Assembly (NCBI GenBank): GCA_965204725.1
Contig: OZ242005.1
Span: forward strand, 4,032,001 to 4,096,000
Reading direction: 5' to 3'
DNA: 64,000 nt
DNA from: Candidatus Latescibacterota bacterium
GTDB taxonomy: Bacteria > Latescibacterota > UBA2968 > UBA8231
Shown: positions 17,746 through 28,184 of the stretch, in pieces
How positions within the stretch are numbered: the stretch's first letter is position 1
How the letters are laid out: each line of letters begins with the position of its first letter
The notes under the pieces: generated by a model
Seen by the model: only the letters and a program-made list of their open reading frames with translations
Databases searched by the model: none
What the model was told of the DNA's origin: nothing
Position numbers and translations under genes: made by a program

Positions 17746-19422
17746 TCACCCCCCCGTCCCGTCTTCGGCCTCTTCCTGAATTTTCAACAAGTTATCCTCG
17801 AAAACCTCGACCGAGTACTGCTCGTGCAACCCGCGCATATACTGCACGTACGCCTTCTGAGAACGGGCGATTTTCACATAAGCCCGCGCACGGCGCTGCG
17901 AAAAAACGTGATAAGGCTTCTTGGGCGCCGGTTGCTTCTCCTCCACCTTAAACACCGAATAGCCCCCCCGCACCTTTACCGGCCCTCCTACATCCCCCAC
18001 TTGGAGGTTTTTGCCTACTTGGTAGAGGTCTTGGTATAGCCCGACCGGACTCAAAACCAACCGCCCCTCGTGGTGCGCTCGCTCCTTGCGAATCGTATAG
18101 TCCCTCGCCAGTTGCACCGCATCGGCCCCCTCCAACAACTCCTCTTTCAGACTGTGGGCCTGCTCCTTAAAGGCGACCAGAATCTCGGTGGTGACAATGT
18201 TTTCAAACCCCTGAAACTTCTCGGGATTTTGATCGTAAAAGGCGCGCGCCTCTGCATCGGTAATCGGCGGCAGCCGCTCCTCAACCGCTCGCTTTCGTAA
18301 CGCGCTGATCAGCATATCGCTGCGCTTGTTGGCCACCGCCGCGAGGATTATTTGATGCTTGTCCAGTCCCTTGCCGCGGGCCTCTGCAAAAAACATCCGA
18401 TTGGGGATGGCCACATCCCGCAGATAATCGACGATCCAGTCTCGCTCGTAATCGCGCGAGTATCCTTCTTCTTTCTCCGGGACGAGCAGGACGAAATCGT
18501 CAATGGTCAGCACACCGCCGTTGTAGCGGCACAATACCGCCTCGCCTTCCTCGGGTGCTGCCACCCGCTCTGCGGGCGACCTCGTGAGACGCATCATCAG
18601 AAGGTCTATGGCGTCGTCGTGAATTTGCGGCGCGTACAGGCCGCTGAGCGAATCGCGCAGAACTTGGGCGCGCTGGAGGCGCTTTTGGGCGAACACCTCC
18701 TCGCGGACAAACGAAGCGACCTCTTGAAAGGTGACCGGGGCATCGTCTAAAACCTTGGCGATCACATAGCGCTGCGGGTCGCCGCCCCACGGCAGCGGCG
18801 CGGAAACCTCGCCGACCTGCATGGAGAAGATGCTGCGGAGCGGTGGCGCCGTATCGTCAATCGCATAATACTTTCCCACGTCCCCGCCTTGGTCCCGCGT
18901 CGCCTCGTAGAGCGAGTGCTCTCTGGCCAGTTGGCGGAAATCAGCACCCGCCGCTAGCTCGTCGAGCAGCGCAAGGGCCTCGTCTCGGGTGGCGACCAAA
19001 ATGCCGGCGTAGCGCAGCGCTCTATCCCGGTGCGAATCCCGGTAGTGCTGCATCAACTCCTCTTCGGCAATGGAAATCCGTTGGTCAATCTCCATGCTTC
19101 TGTAGAGCCTGACGGTCTGGTCTCGGGCAAATTGCTCGACCTTGCGCTTAAACTCCAGTTCGTCCCCAATGCCAACTCGTTCCGCTTCGGCGAGCAGTAG
19201 TTTTTTGTCGATCAGTCCATTGAGTAGAAGCCGGTCGGCCTCAATGCCGGTCTTGCCCAGATGGTAGGCTTGGGGAATAGTCGCGGCATAAGCTCTGAAC
19301 TCGCGGACGGCGATGGGTTGGTTTGCTATCTGGGCGAGCACCAGATCGTCTTGGGCTGCACAGGGCAGCGAGAGCACTAGGAGGCAAACGCCTAAGCGCA
19401 CTATTCCATATCTTCGCTTCAT
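17746..19422 (-). CDS. PpiC-type peptidyl-prolyl isomerase (SurA/PrsA-like foldase, two parvulin domains)
   Basis: Signal peptide; GADFRQLAREHS..GGDVG, GEVSAP; second domain LARDYT..GDVGGPVKVRGGYSVFKV. Confidence 0.8.
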   Translation of the reverse strand: MKRRYGIVRLGVCLLVLSLPCAAQDDLVLAQIANQPIAVREFRAYAATIPQAYHLGKTGIEADRLLLNGLIDKKLLLAEAERVGIGDELEFKRKVEQFARDQTVRLYRSMEIDQRISIAEEELMQHYRDSHRDRALRYAGILVATRDEALALLDELAAGADFRQLAREHSLYEATRDQGGDVGKYYAIDDTAPPLRSIFSMQVGEVSAPLPWGGDPQRYVIAKVLDDAPVTFQEVASFVREEVFAQKRLQRAQVLRDSLSGLYAPQIHDDAIDLLMMRLTRSPAERVAAPEEGEAVLCRYNGGVLTIDDFVLLVPEKEEGYSRDYERDWIVDYLRDVAIPNRMFFAEARGKGLDKHQIILAAVANKRSDMLISALRKRAVEERLPPITDAEARAFYDQNPEKFQGFENIVTTEILVAFKEQAHSLKEELLEGADAVQLARDYTIRKERAHHEGRLVLSPVGLYQDLYQVGKNLQVGDVGGPVKVRGGYSVFKVEEKQPAPKKPYHVFSQRRARAYVKIARSQKAYVQYMRGLHEQYSVEVFEDNLLKIQEEAEDGTGG

Positions 19423-19447
19423 AAATCTAAAACCATAGCTCGTAGGG

Positions 19448-21373
19448 TTAATAAATCAGCCGGACGATCGCGACTTCGACGTCCTTGGCCTTGTCTGAAT
19501 CTACTTCGAGACGCAAGAGATAAAGCCCAGGGGCGAGCAGGTTGCCCGCATCGTCCACGCCCTCCCAAGTAGCCGAGAATCGGCCACTCGCCGCGGTGCT
19601 CTGGGCCACTTCGCACCGCCTCAGCCCCGCTAGATCGTATAGACTTATCGTCACGGGCACCGCCCCGCTGAGATTTACCAGATCGTATTCGATCTGTAGC
19701 ACATCGTTGACGCCATCCCCGTTGGGGGTAAAAAGCGGCGGCGAAAGCCACAAGGCCTGGACCGCCGGATTGGCCACCGTACCCAACCCCACGCTCAAGG
19801 TATTGCTCGCGGCCAGATCATCGGCGTTCCCCTCAGTGATGCGTTGGCGCACCTCATGGGGACGGCGGCTGTCGAAGACCCGGCCCGAAAACACCGTGCC
19901 CACCTGAAAGACTTCGGCCTGAAATTCGACCTCGACCAACTCGCCGGTGCGATTGACATCGATTCGCGGCACTTGGACCACAAAGCGCTCGGCGTCCTTT
20001 TCTGCGATGGTAAAACCCTGTTCCTCGCCGCCGATGTACACGGCGTCAATGCTCGTAACCTCTATCGGGGTGTCGATCTCAATGCTGTCGAAGCCGAGAT
20101 CGTTTTGCTCTAAGTTGGGTAGGATTTTGTAGGTGAATTGGACGACCTCGCCCACTTCAACTTGGTGCGGCACAATCTCGGCCAGCACTTGGCTGGCGAC
20201 CGGGGGCTGGGAGACGCTGAACTGCAAGTACTCCATGCGGCCGGCCGCAAAGGCCCGCTCCGAGAAAAAGTCCGCCTTGAACTGCAAGTAGCGCCGAGGC
20301 CGCGAACCGACTAATTCGGAATGCCCCCGATCGAAGTCGAGCGGCGGCGTCCAGAATTCCCAGCTTTCGTTGTCCGGGCTGATCCCGGCTTTCTCGCCTT
20401 CCTCCAGCCTTTTATAGCGGTCTAAGGAGAGCGGCTCGCCGCTAACTGCAAAGCGGGAACGCTCATCGCCTCTGAACGTGAAGCGCCAGTAGAAATTGGG
20501 GTCTGGGTCGTCGCCGCTGCGCATACTCAGATCGACCGTTGCTCCCCGGTCGCGGCTGCCGGCCCAAGTCAACTCGCCTAAGCTAGAAGCCATACCCAAG
20601 TCAATGACATTGGATACATAGCTGGCCTGCGAGGCAAAGCCATCGCCGAAGATCTCAAATTCGGCGATCTCCCAGTTGCCAACGGGGGCCTTAAAAAGAA
20701 TTTCGGCAATGGGCTGGTCGGGCAGTTCCAAGTCGAGGAAGGGTTCCAAATTGTTTGCGACCTTGAACGCTATATCGTAATCGAGAAAGGCTCCGCGCCA
20801 ATGGTATTGTCCGGCTCGGGTGCCCTTTTTGCGCGCATCGCCATCGTTAGTGCCTATCTCGAACACCTCGATAAACCGCTGGTGGGCAAAGCGCTCGGTG
20901 GTAGAAATTTTGATGCGCCTGATGGGAAACAGTCCGTTCAACTCAAACCAGATGCCCTTCTTGCACGGCGGGCAATCGGCGGCCTGACTGCGGCCGCTGC
21001 CCAAATAAGCCGTGGTCAAATCGCCGTCCATCAAGTTGTCCAAGAGGGCTTCCGATTGCCAACCATAGGAATTGTTCGAGCGTATGCCGCCGCCCCGCTC
21101 CCGAATCAGCGGCGTCAGATTGACGGTCGGATCGAGGCGCTGCGGCTCAATAGAATGCGTCGCGACCTCCAAGAGGTCGATCCTACCGAGCCGCTTTTCA
21201 TCTACATCGGCCCAAGATAACTGGACAAATTCAAAGTCCCCTTCGACTTCCGGCCGCGGCAACTCCTCCCCGCCAATGCGATACACGGTGAGCGCCTCAA
21301 CCGCCGCTAGCCCCCAGCAAAAGCTCCCTACTAGAGCGGCCGCCAAAAGCCACAGCAAATTTTCTCTCATCAT
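19448..21373 (-). CDS. Secreted protein with discoidin-like N-region and C-terminal FlgD-Ig / T9SS type-B-like domain (paralogue 3)
   Basis: Signal peptide; DGDLTT, EIAEFEIFGDGF; C-terminus FTPNGDGVND..YDLAG..WEGVD..PGLY..LIY. Confidence 0.75.
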   Translation of the reverse strand: MMRENLLWLLAAALVGSFCWGLAAVEALTVYRIGGEELPRPEVEGDFEFVQLSWADVDEKRLGRIDLLEVATHSIEPQRLDPTVNLTPLIRERGGGIRSNNSYGWQSEALLDNLMDGDLTTAYLGSGRSQAADCPPCKKGIWFELNGLFPIRRIKISTTERFAHQRFIEVFEIGTNDGDARKKGTRAGQYHWRGAFLDYDIAFKVANNLEPFLDLELPDQPIAEILFKAPVGNWEIAEFEIFGDGFASQASYVSNVIDLGMASSLGELTWAGSRDRGATVDLSMRSGDDPDPNFYWRFTFRGDERSRFAVSGEPLSLDRYKRLEEGEKAGISPDNESWEFWTPPLDFDRGHSELVGSRPRRYLQFKADFFSERAFAAGRMEYLQFSVSQPPVASQVLAEIVPHQVEVGEVVQFTYKILPNLEQNDLGFDSIEIDTPIEVTSIDAVYIGGEEQGFTIAEKDAERFVVQVPRIDVNRTGELVEVEFQAEVFQVGTVFSGRVFDSRRPHEVRQRITEGNADDLAASNTLSVGLGTVANPAVQALWLSPPLFTPNGDGVNDVLQIEYDLVNLSGAVPVTISLYDLAGLRRCEVAQSTAASGRFSATWEGVDDAGNLLAPGLYLLRLEVDSDKAKDVEVAIVRLIY

Positions 21374-21391
21374 CTACTAATCCAACCCGTA

Positions 21392-21429
21392 AATAAAAGA
21401 AGGGGAGGAATGGAATTCCCCCCCTTCTT
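21392..21429 (-). terminator. Intrinsic terminator downstream of the TWG-tail gene
   Basis: Minus strand AAGAAGGGGGGGAAT-TCC-ATTCCTCCCCTTCTTTTATTT. Confidence 0.7.
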
Positions 21430-21457
21430 CAAGGCACTTGTGCGGCGCGAGAACCGC

Positions 21458-22378
21458 TTATTTGCCGAATGAAGCCTTGATCTGGCCCCAAGTGTTGTCT
21501 TCGACGGATGTCGGCGCGACCCCTTCAAAGGCAGACTCGTCAACGGGCAAAAGCACCCAGTCGGCCAAGAAATCGGCGTCGCCGAAGGATTCGACATTGG
21601 GACTGATGGCCCAGCGCGAATGGCAGTTGCAGTCGTCGGACAACTCGGCATCGGTATCAAAGACATGCCCGGCTAGGCCGATGATCTCGTCCTGCTCGAA
21701 GTCGTGGGCGATGCTCCCTTGGGGGTCTTCCCAGTTGAAATCGTCCCAATAGACGCTCCACCATTCGGCCCGTTGGCGCATCTCCTCAAAGGAATTGGGC
21801 GCGGTGCCACTAAACCAATACGCATGATCGGAGTAGGGCGGCGTGTCGTACCAGTCGGCTTGGGTCATCCAAAACCAGTGCCATTGTCCCTCGCGGGCTT
21901 GGCCGTTGTCGAACCAATAGTGGCTGATTTGGGCATGGCGACCGCGCTGGCGCGCCTTCTCCTCGTCGGTCTGGCCTTCTAAATCCCAGAACGAGCCGCC
22001 CGAGTGATCCGCATCTACGGCCGTTTCGACCGATTCGTTGCCCAACTGGTACTTGTCGTCGAAGCGCTCGTAGGCCCAATAGATGCGGTTGGTTTCCTCG
22101 TTCCAAGTGGGAATCCAGCGGAAGGAAATCGAGGACACGTCTAGATCGCCGGTGTAGATCCAAGGCCGAGCCGTGCTCTGGACGACGCTCTGCTCGGTGA
22201 TCCAAAATTCCTCGGGAATGATGTCCCATTCGCTCAGATCGGCATCTAAGACCGGAAGGTGCGTCTCGGGCCACTGCCACACCGCGCCGATAAAATCGGG
22301 CGGGTCGTGGGCTTGGCCCCGGGTGCTCAGGCCGAGCAAAAGCACGGGGACCAATAAGGCGGATAAAACTTTATGCAA
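21458..22378 (-). CDS. Secreted CBM9/DOMON-like protein with C-terminal TWGQIK tail
   Basis: AGGAGG 6 nt before TTG 22378; signal peptide ending GQA; LDADLSEW, DADHSGG; ends PTSVEDNTWGQIKASFGK. Confidence 0.7.
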   Translation of the reverse strand: MHKVLSALLVPVLLLGLSTRGQAHDPPDFIGAVWQWPETHLPVLDADLSEWDIIPEEFWITEQSVVQSTARPWIYTGDLDVSSISFRWIPTWNEETNRIYWAYERFDDKYQLGNESVETAVDADHSGGSFWDLEGQTDEEKARQRGRHAQISHYWFDNGQAREGQWHWFWMTQADWYDTPPYSDHAYWFSGTAPNSFEEMRQRAEWWSVYWDDFNWEDPQGSIAHDFEQDEIIGLAGHVFDTDAELSDDCNCHSRWAISPNVESFGDADFLADWVLLPVDESAFEGVAPTSVEDNTWGQIKASFGK

Positions 22379-22476
22379 AGCGAACCTCCTTTTTAGAGGT
22401 GTGAGGTTGGTTTTGAAAGCTAAGTGCGATGGCCTCTGCTGTACTAACAAAAATATAGTATGCGGTCAAGCAAAAA

Positions 22477-25338
22477 CTACTTCAAGCCGGCGATGATTGA
22501 CAGAAAACTCAAGCCCGAAGTCTCGATCTCGCGGCGTCGCCCAACAACCTCCAGCGAGCGGCGGTCGAGGCGGATACCCACCTGAGTGGTTAGATCATAG
22601 CCTAGGTATTGGCTGGTATTGGTGAGTTGCAACGCCAAAACCGAGCCGCGAAAATCCCCGGTGAAAAGCCCCGCCGCCAGTTCACTTTCTCCTCCTTCGA
22701 GGTCGAAGAAAGTGCGCTGCTCCAAGCCAAACTCAAACTCGGTGGTCTCAAGCACTGGTACGCTACCCACAAAGAAAAAGAGGCCGTCCCAAGAGCGCCG
22801 CGGGTCGAATGCGCGGCTAAAGGGCACCTCGCGTAGGAATTCGCTCTTGAGTTTGGGCCTGAAACTCAGCGACCGCCAGTAAAAAACATATTCTATCTTA
22901 TTGATCAGCCCGACAAAGCCCGAGGTCTGCCGCCCGTCGCGCAAAAATTCTACCTCGCTGTCGCGCTGCCGCCAAGTCTCCCATTTGAAGCGATGCAGGG
23001 TCCGCCACAAACGCGGGCTGGCGTATTCCCAATCGGCGTAAAAAGTGTTGATCCAAGTGTCCGCCGCGGCCAAGGGGTCCAATACCGGCACATTGCTGCC
23101 GGCCGACTCGGCCGGCGCGCCGAATCGGCTCCTAGGGATGACCCATTGCACCAAGTGGTCGGCGATCTCGTCTGCGGCCCTCTTAATCATGTTGAAAATC
23201 CTCAGACGGCCCCACTGCGACCCGCTCTGCTGCCAGAGGAGCATTCCATAGCTCGTCAGGTTGCGGCGGTCGCTCGCCAAGCGGATTTGCCGCAACTGCC
23301 CCACCCTTAGCTCGATACCCGGCGCCACCTCAAGCCCGCCGAAGACGTTATAGCCCCAGTGGTCTCGCTTGTAGGGATAGTCCGGCTCTTGGTCGTTCTC
23401 AAAACGCTCCACCCACCCATTGTTGTTGAGATCAATGCCGAAGAGAAATTCGGGGCGATCGGCGGCATAGCGCAAAAAAGGCTCGTCGTAGTCGGGGAAA
23501 AAATTCACCCGATCGACCGTGCTATTCTGATTGAAATCCGATATGAAGTCGCGGTTCTCGTCGTACCCGGGGAAAACCGCTGGATCGGCCACGCCGCGGA
23601 CCTCGATTGCACTGCGGCGCTCGGTGGGGACAAAGCTGCCCTCGCCCACCCGCAGCCAGTCGGGCTGCCGGTCGTTGTCGTCGTTGTCATCGACAAACTC
23701 GTAGTGCAAGTTGACGGCCTCGGGGGCATAGTCGGACACTCCGTCTCGATTGACCGTCAGGACGCTGGTGCGATACCCGTCTTCCATACCAAACCCCTCG
23801 CCCATAAAACGCAAAGGCCCCTCCCGGAAGGCCAAGTTGACCAACCAGCCTACTTCGTGGCGATCCCCGGCGATGCCGTTGATCGCACGGTGGGAATCGC
23901 GCCCGATGCTGGGGTATTTCCGGTACTGGGTGTTGAGGTTTATTTCGCCGTAAAAATCAAAGCCGTGAAAATCCCGTATCTCGGCCGTCAGCCCGACGAT
24001 CTGGTTGGCTGTCGGCAGCCCGTAATCGAAGACGACCTCGCGTTGGTTCAGTTGGTTTTTGATATTGCCCTCGGCCCGCGCCGCAGGTAAAAATTGCGGT
24101 ACGCCAAATTCGTCGGTCTGCCGATTGGAACTGACCTCGACTCGATAGTCGTTGGCGAGCACGAGGCGGAAACGCACGTCGCGAATGGCACTAATCGCGG
24201 CTTCGGCCTCCGCTAGGGTGAGATCTAAGTGTTGCTGGAAGAGCGCCCGCAGCGTTCCCGCTTCCCCGGTCGTCTCCCTAGGGGCCAAGGGATATTGCAA
24301 AATGATCTGGTCCGCGCCATCGGCCGTTAGAAACCCCCGGTCTCGTCTCCCCCCTTCAATGGTCGGTCTAAAACCAATGCTACTGCTGAGGATGACGGTG
24401 TCTCGCTCCACCTCCACGAGCTGGTCCCGAAGCATCTCCTGACGGCTCAGGGTCGTGCGGATCTCGATCTCCTCGCTGACCAACACCGCACCGCCTTCGC
24501 CGTCTTCTGGCGAGTCGTCCGAGAGCCGCACCAAGAGCAGGTCAACCCGCTGGGCCAACTGCCCCGCCGTCAGAGCCCCCTTGAACACGTTCCCTTGAAA
24601 GCTCTCGTTGCTGCCGGTGTTGTTGTGGCTGTTGACGAAGTTCATCCCCAATGTGAAAGAATCGGTCAGATCGGCTTCGACCCGGCCGGCGGTGAGATTG
24701 GTCGCGTACTGGAAGCGCGCAGTGCCCCCCGACAGGAGCGGAAACGAAATCCGCGAAAAAAGCCCGGTGGCGCGAAAGCGGTCGGCCGCAAAGTCGGCCA
24801 CGACCCCGTTGAACCCGGCCTTGCGGAAGGTCATCGGCGTGAGGGTGGTCCATATCTCGTCGCCGACCATGACCGAATAGCGGTACTGGCCCTTGGTGTC
24901 CCCGGATATAACCAAGCGGCTAAACCAGTTGTTGTACTGGGCACCTTTTCTAACGGAGGAACTCTCGGCGATGAGGGGTTTGGTCTGACGCCAGTCGTAC
25001 ACCAGCCAGCCCCGCGTAATGAGGCGACCAAAGGGATCGTAGAAGAGCGCCCCCTCGGACGAGGGGTCGATATAGCGCTTGTGGGCTTGGCGGGCGTAGT
25101 TGGTGTACTCCCACTGATTGCGGCCAAATTCGCCAAAGAGGGGGGCCGGCATGTACCAGCGCTGCACGGTCGGGTCCAACGCCTCCATATAGGTCGGTAC
25201 GCCGGGCACGTAGTAAATGACGCGATCGCCGACCCGATCCCCCAGACGGCCTCCATAGTCAACTTGCGCAGTGGCTGCCTCCCACAGACCCAACCCGACC
25301 AGAGCAGCCAATGTGATGTACCGCGCCCTCATCCCCAT
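22477..25338 (-). CDS. Large secreted hypothetical protein, putative outer-membrane barrel (paralogue B)
   Basis: Signal peptide; long shared blocks with 25338-28121; acidic DxN loops; amphipathic strands at the C-terminus. Confidence 0.7.
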   Translation of the reverse strand: MGMRARYITLAALVGLGLWEAATAQVDYGGRLGDRVGDRVIYYVPGVPTYMEALDPTVQRWYMPAPLFGEFGRNQWEYTNYARQAHKRYIDPSSEGALFYDPFGRLITRGWLVYDWRQTKPLIAESSSVRKGAQYNNWFSRLVISGDTKGQYRYSVMVGDEIWTTLTPMTFRKAGFNGVVADFAADRFRATGLFSRISFPLLSGGTARFQYATNLTAGRVEADLTDSFTLGMNFVNSHNNTGSNESFQGNVFKGALTAGQLAQRVDLLLVRLSDDSPEDGEGGAVLVSEEIEIRTTLSRQEMLRDQLVEVERDTVILSSSIGFRPTIEGGRRDRGFLTADGADQIILQYPLAPRETTGEAGTLRALFQQHLDLTLAEAEAAISAIRDVRFRLVLANDYRVEVSSNRQTDEFGVPQFLPAARAEGNIKNQLNQREVVFDYGLPTANQIVGLTAEIRDFHGFDFYGEINLNTQYRKYPSIGRDSHRAINGIAGDRHEVGWLVNLAFREGPLRFMGEGFGMEDGYRTSVLTVNRDGVSDYAPEAVNLHYEFVDDNDDNDRQPDWLRVGEGSFVPTERRSAIEVRGVADPAVFPGYDENRDFISDFNQNSTVDRVNFFPDYDEPFLRYAADRPEFLFGIDLNNNGWVERFENDQEPDYPYKRDHWGYNVFGGLEVAPGIELRVGQLRQIRLASDRRNLTSYGMLLWQQSGSQWGRLRIFNMIKRAADEIADHLVQWVIPRSRFGAPAESAGSNVPVLDPLAAADTWINTFYADWEYASPRLWRTLHRFKWETWRQRDSEVEFLRDGRQTSGFVGLINKIEYVFYWRSLSFRPKLKSEFLREVPFSRAFDPRRSWDGLFFFVGSVPVLETTEFEFGLEQRTFFDLEGGESELAAGLFTGDFRGSVLALQLTNTSQYLGYDLTTQVGIRLDRRSLEVVGRRREIETSGLSFLSIIAGLK

Positions 25339-28121
25339 TACAATCCGGCATAAATGGTGATAAAGCTAGTCGTCTCGGTCCGGCCTTGGGTGCGTTTGCC
25401 AAAGACCCGGGGTTCTACCTCGCGCACCGCCTCGGTGAAGGTGCGGCCGAGGCGTAGGCCGAGTTGCGTCGTCAGCTTGTATCCCAAATAGTTCGAGTTG
25501 TTGGTTAGCTGCACCGCAAAAACCGCAGAGCGCAAATCTCCGGTCTCTTCGGCCACGCCCTGCGCGACCATATCCTCCTCTTGCTGGACCAGATCGTTGA
25601 ACTGGGCCAACTCGATCCCTAAGTCAATCGCGCTGCTGTTGAGTAGGGGCACTTGGGCCAAAAGCGAGACAATTCCAGTCCATTGCTTTAGGTCTTCTTC
25701 GGCCAGCACAAAGGCGTCTTGACGGAAGTACTCGCTTTTGAGCCTCGGCTGGAGGATAAAGTGCCCTAGGTGCAGCTTGTACTCGAATTTGTTGATCAAA
25801 CCCAAGAGGGAGGGCGAGCGGGCCAGTATCCGGCCGTTGATGTCGCGGGCCTCGTCTTGGGCTTGGTTGTAGTGCTCGTATTTGAGTTTGTTGACGATCT
25901 CAAAATTGGCAATCGCTGTGTAGTCTAACCCCAGCCACGCGGTGTTGATCCACGTGTCGGGAAAGGCGAGGATATCCGCCACCAGCGGCGGTGTGGGCGC
26001 GTCGAGGAAGGCCAGCGGCGCCCGCCGAGCGTCGGGGATGGTGTCCGCGACCCGCTTGAGCCTATCGAAGACCCGCACCCGCCCCAACCCGGGATAGTCC
26101 TTGTCAAGGGTGAACATGGCGTACGCGATTTGGTTGTCGCGGTCGTCCGAGAGCATGCGCTCGTCGAGCCGCCCCACCAGCAAGCGCGCCTCGGGCCAGA
26201 GGTGAACGCCAAAAAAGACGTTGTACCCGCGCCTATCGGGCTTATAGGGATAGTCGGCCAACTCGTCATCCTCAAAGCGGTCGATCCAGCCGTTGTTGTT
26301 GAGGTCGATGCCAAAGAGGAATTCGGGCCGATCGACGTGATAGCGCAAAAACGGCTCTTCGTAGTCGGGAATGGAGTTGGGCACGGAGCGGTTGTCGTTT
26401 TGGTTGAAGTCGGAAATGAAGTCGAGGTTTTCGTCCCAGCCGGGAAACACCTCCCGGTCATTCGACTGCGAGCCGACCCGCGCCCAGTCGGGCTGGCGGT
26501 CTTGGTCGTCGTTGTCCGCGACAAATTCGTACACCGAGCGTATGGGGTCGTCGTAGAAAACATCCCCTTCGGGCCGGGAGACAAAAGCCGAGGTCGAATA
26601 GTCGGCATCCACCGAATAGGCTTCGCCATAAGCAAAAAACGGATAGGCTTCTTTGGACAGGTTGAAGATGGTGGCCTGGCCGCTCTCCGCAGACACCTCG
26701 TGCCCTTCGTTGGCATTGAACAGGGCGGCATTGGGGTACTGAAAATAGCGCAGGTTGTTGTTCCATTCGCCGTAGAAATCAAAGCCCCACACGTTCTTGC
26801 CTTCAATGGTGAATCCGGCGACCATGTTGGCCGAGGGCAAGCCGTAGTTAAAAAGAACCCGCTGGGCGTTGGATATATCCTTTATATTGCCGTCGGCCCG
26901 CCGTATGGCGATGAGCACTGGCTCGGCTTCTTCAATGACTTGGTTGGTCAGCGGCGGCGGCGGCACCGGGCGCGTACCCGTTTGCAGATTGGACCACATT
27001 TCGACCTTGAAGTCGTTGGCGAGCACATAGTCGAACTCCACCTCGACTAGGGTGGTTAAATCCGGCCCTATATACGCCGGGTCCGTAAAGTCGTAATTGA
27101 GGATGATCCGCTCGCTGCCGTCGGCGGCCAAAAAGCCCGTGCGCTGAAAGCCGCCAAACACAGTAGGCCACTCCGCCCCCTCGCGCACCACCTCGTCCAA
27201 CGTCAAGACGGTCTCTAGACCCGTTTCAAAATCGCGGCTCTTGATGCGTATGTCGTGGCTGAAAAGGGCCGCACCGCCCGCTTCGTCTGCGGGGCTGTCG
27301 TCGCTGAGGACGATGGCTATCGCCGTAACCGGCGTGCTGGTCTGGCCCGAGGTGAGGTTCCCCGCGAGGAGATTGCCTTCAAACATGTCCAAGGCGGTAT
27401 TGGCGTTGTGGGCGTTGACCACGGTCCCGCCCACCGTAATAAAGTCGCCCACCTGAGCGAGTGCCCGGCCCCCGAACAGGGAGGTCGAGTTGGATTGCCG
27501 TCTAGGGTTGATGGTCACCCCTACGGCCGGGTCGTTGATGCGCGAGGCCAGCACGGTGGCGGCGTATTTGTCCGCGGCGAAGTCGATCTGGACGCCGTTG
27601 AAGTTCGGCTTGGAAAAGGTCATCGGCGTCAGGGTGGTGCGTATCGCATTGCCCACGGTAATGGCGTAGGAATACTGGCCCTTTGAGTCGCCGCTTACGG
27701 TCACCGAACTGAAGAATTGCTCGAATTGGCGGCCCTTGAAGATGCCGCTGCCCAGCTCTTGGGGCTGGTCTTGACGCCAGTCGTACACCAGCCAGCCGCG
27801 GTTGATGTAGTTGCCAAAAAAGTCGTAGAAGTAGTCGCCCTCTAGGTTGGTGTTGATATAGCGCTGATACTGGTCGCGGGCGTAGTTGGAGTACTTCCAT
27901 TGACGCCACTTGAACTCGTAGTACAGCTCTTGGGGAACGTACCACTTCTGGACGGCCGGATCGAGCGCTCCAAAGAGGACGCCTGGGCCTCGGGGCTCAA
28001 AGCTGACTTGGCCGCCGCGCTGAATCCCTAGGCGAGTGCCGTAGTCTTGGGCGTGGAGTACGGTTTGGGACGCGACCAACAGCGCTAGCCCAATCGTTAA
28101 ATTCGCTCCGCGGACATTCAA
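25338..28121 (-). CDS. Large secreted hypothetical protein, putative outer-membrane barrel (paralogue A)
   Basis: Signal peptide; TAATG coupling to the next gene; RGWLVYDWRQ, TTLTPMTF, DFISDFNQN, DRPEFLFGIDLNNNGW shared with paralogue B. Confidence 0.7.
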   Translation of the reverse strand: MNVRGANLTIGLALLVASQTVLHAQDYGTRLGIQRGGQVSFEPRGPGVLFGALDPAVQKWYVPQELYYEFKWRQWKYSNYARDQYQRYINTNLEGDYFYDFFGNYINRGWLVYDWRQDQPQELGSGIFKGRQFEQFFSSVTVSGDSKGQYSYAITVGNAIRTTLTPMTFSKPNFNGVQIDFAADKYAATVLASRINDPAVGVTINPRRQSNSTSLFGGRALAQVGDFITVGGTVVNAHNANTALDMFEGNLLAGNLTSGQTSTPVTAIAIVLSDDSPADEAGGAALFSHDIRIKSRDFETGLETVLTLDEVVREGAEWPTVFGGFQRTGFLAADGSERIILNYDFTDPAYIGPDLTTLVEVEFDYVLANDFKVEMWSNLQTGTRPVPPPPLTNQVIEEAEPVLIAIRRADGNIKDISNAQRVLFNYGLPSANMVAGFTIEGKNVWGFDFYGEWNNNLRYFQYPNAALFNANEGHEVSAESGQATIFNLSKEAYPFFAYGEAYSVDADYSTSAFVSRPEGDVFYDDPIRSVYEFVADNDDQDRQPDWARVGSQSNDREVFPGWDENLDFISDFNQNDNRSVPNSIPDYEEPFLRYHVDRPEFLFGIDLNNNGWIDRFEDDELADYPYKPDRRGYNVFFGVHLWPEARLLVGRLDERMLSDDRDNQIAYAMFTLDKDYPGLGRVRVFDRLKRVADTIPDARRAPLAFLDAPTPPLVADILAFPDTWINTAWLGLDYTAIANFEIVNKLKYEHYNQAQDEARDINGRILARSPSLLGLINKFEYKLHLGHFILQPRLKSEYFRQDAFVLAEEDLKQWTGIVSLLAQVPLLNSSAIDLGIELAQFNDLVQQEEDMVAQGVAEETGDLRSAVFAVQLTNNSNYLGYKLTTQLGLRLGRTFTEAVREVEPRVFGKRTQGRTETTSFITIYAGL

Positions 28122-28184
28122 TGCCGCACCCTCCCAATTCTGCGTGATAAAAGTTCATGGCGCGGGAATTCCCCGCGCCTAGCA

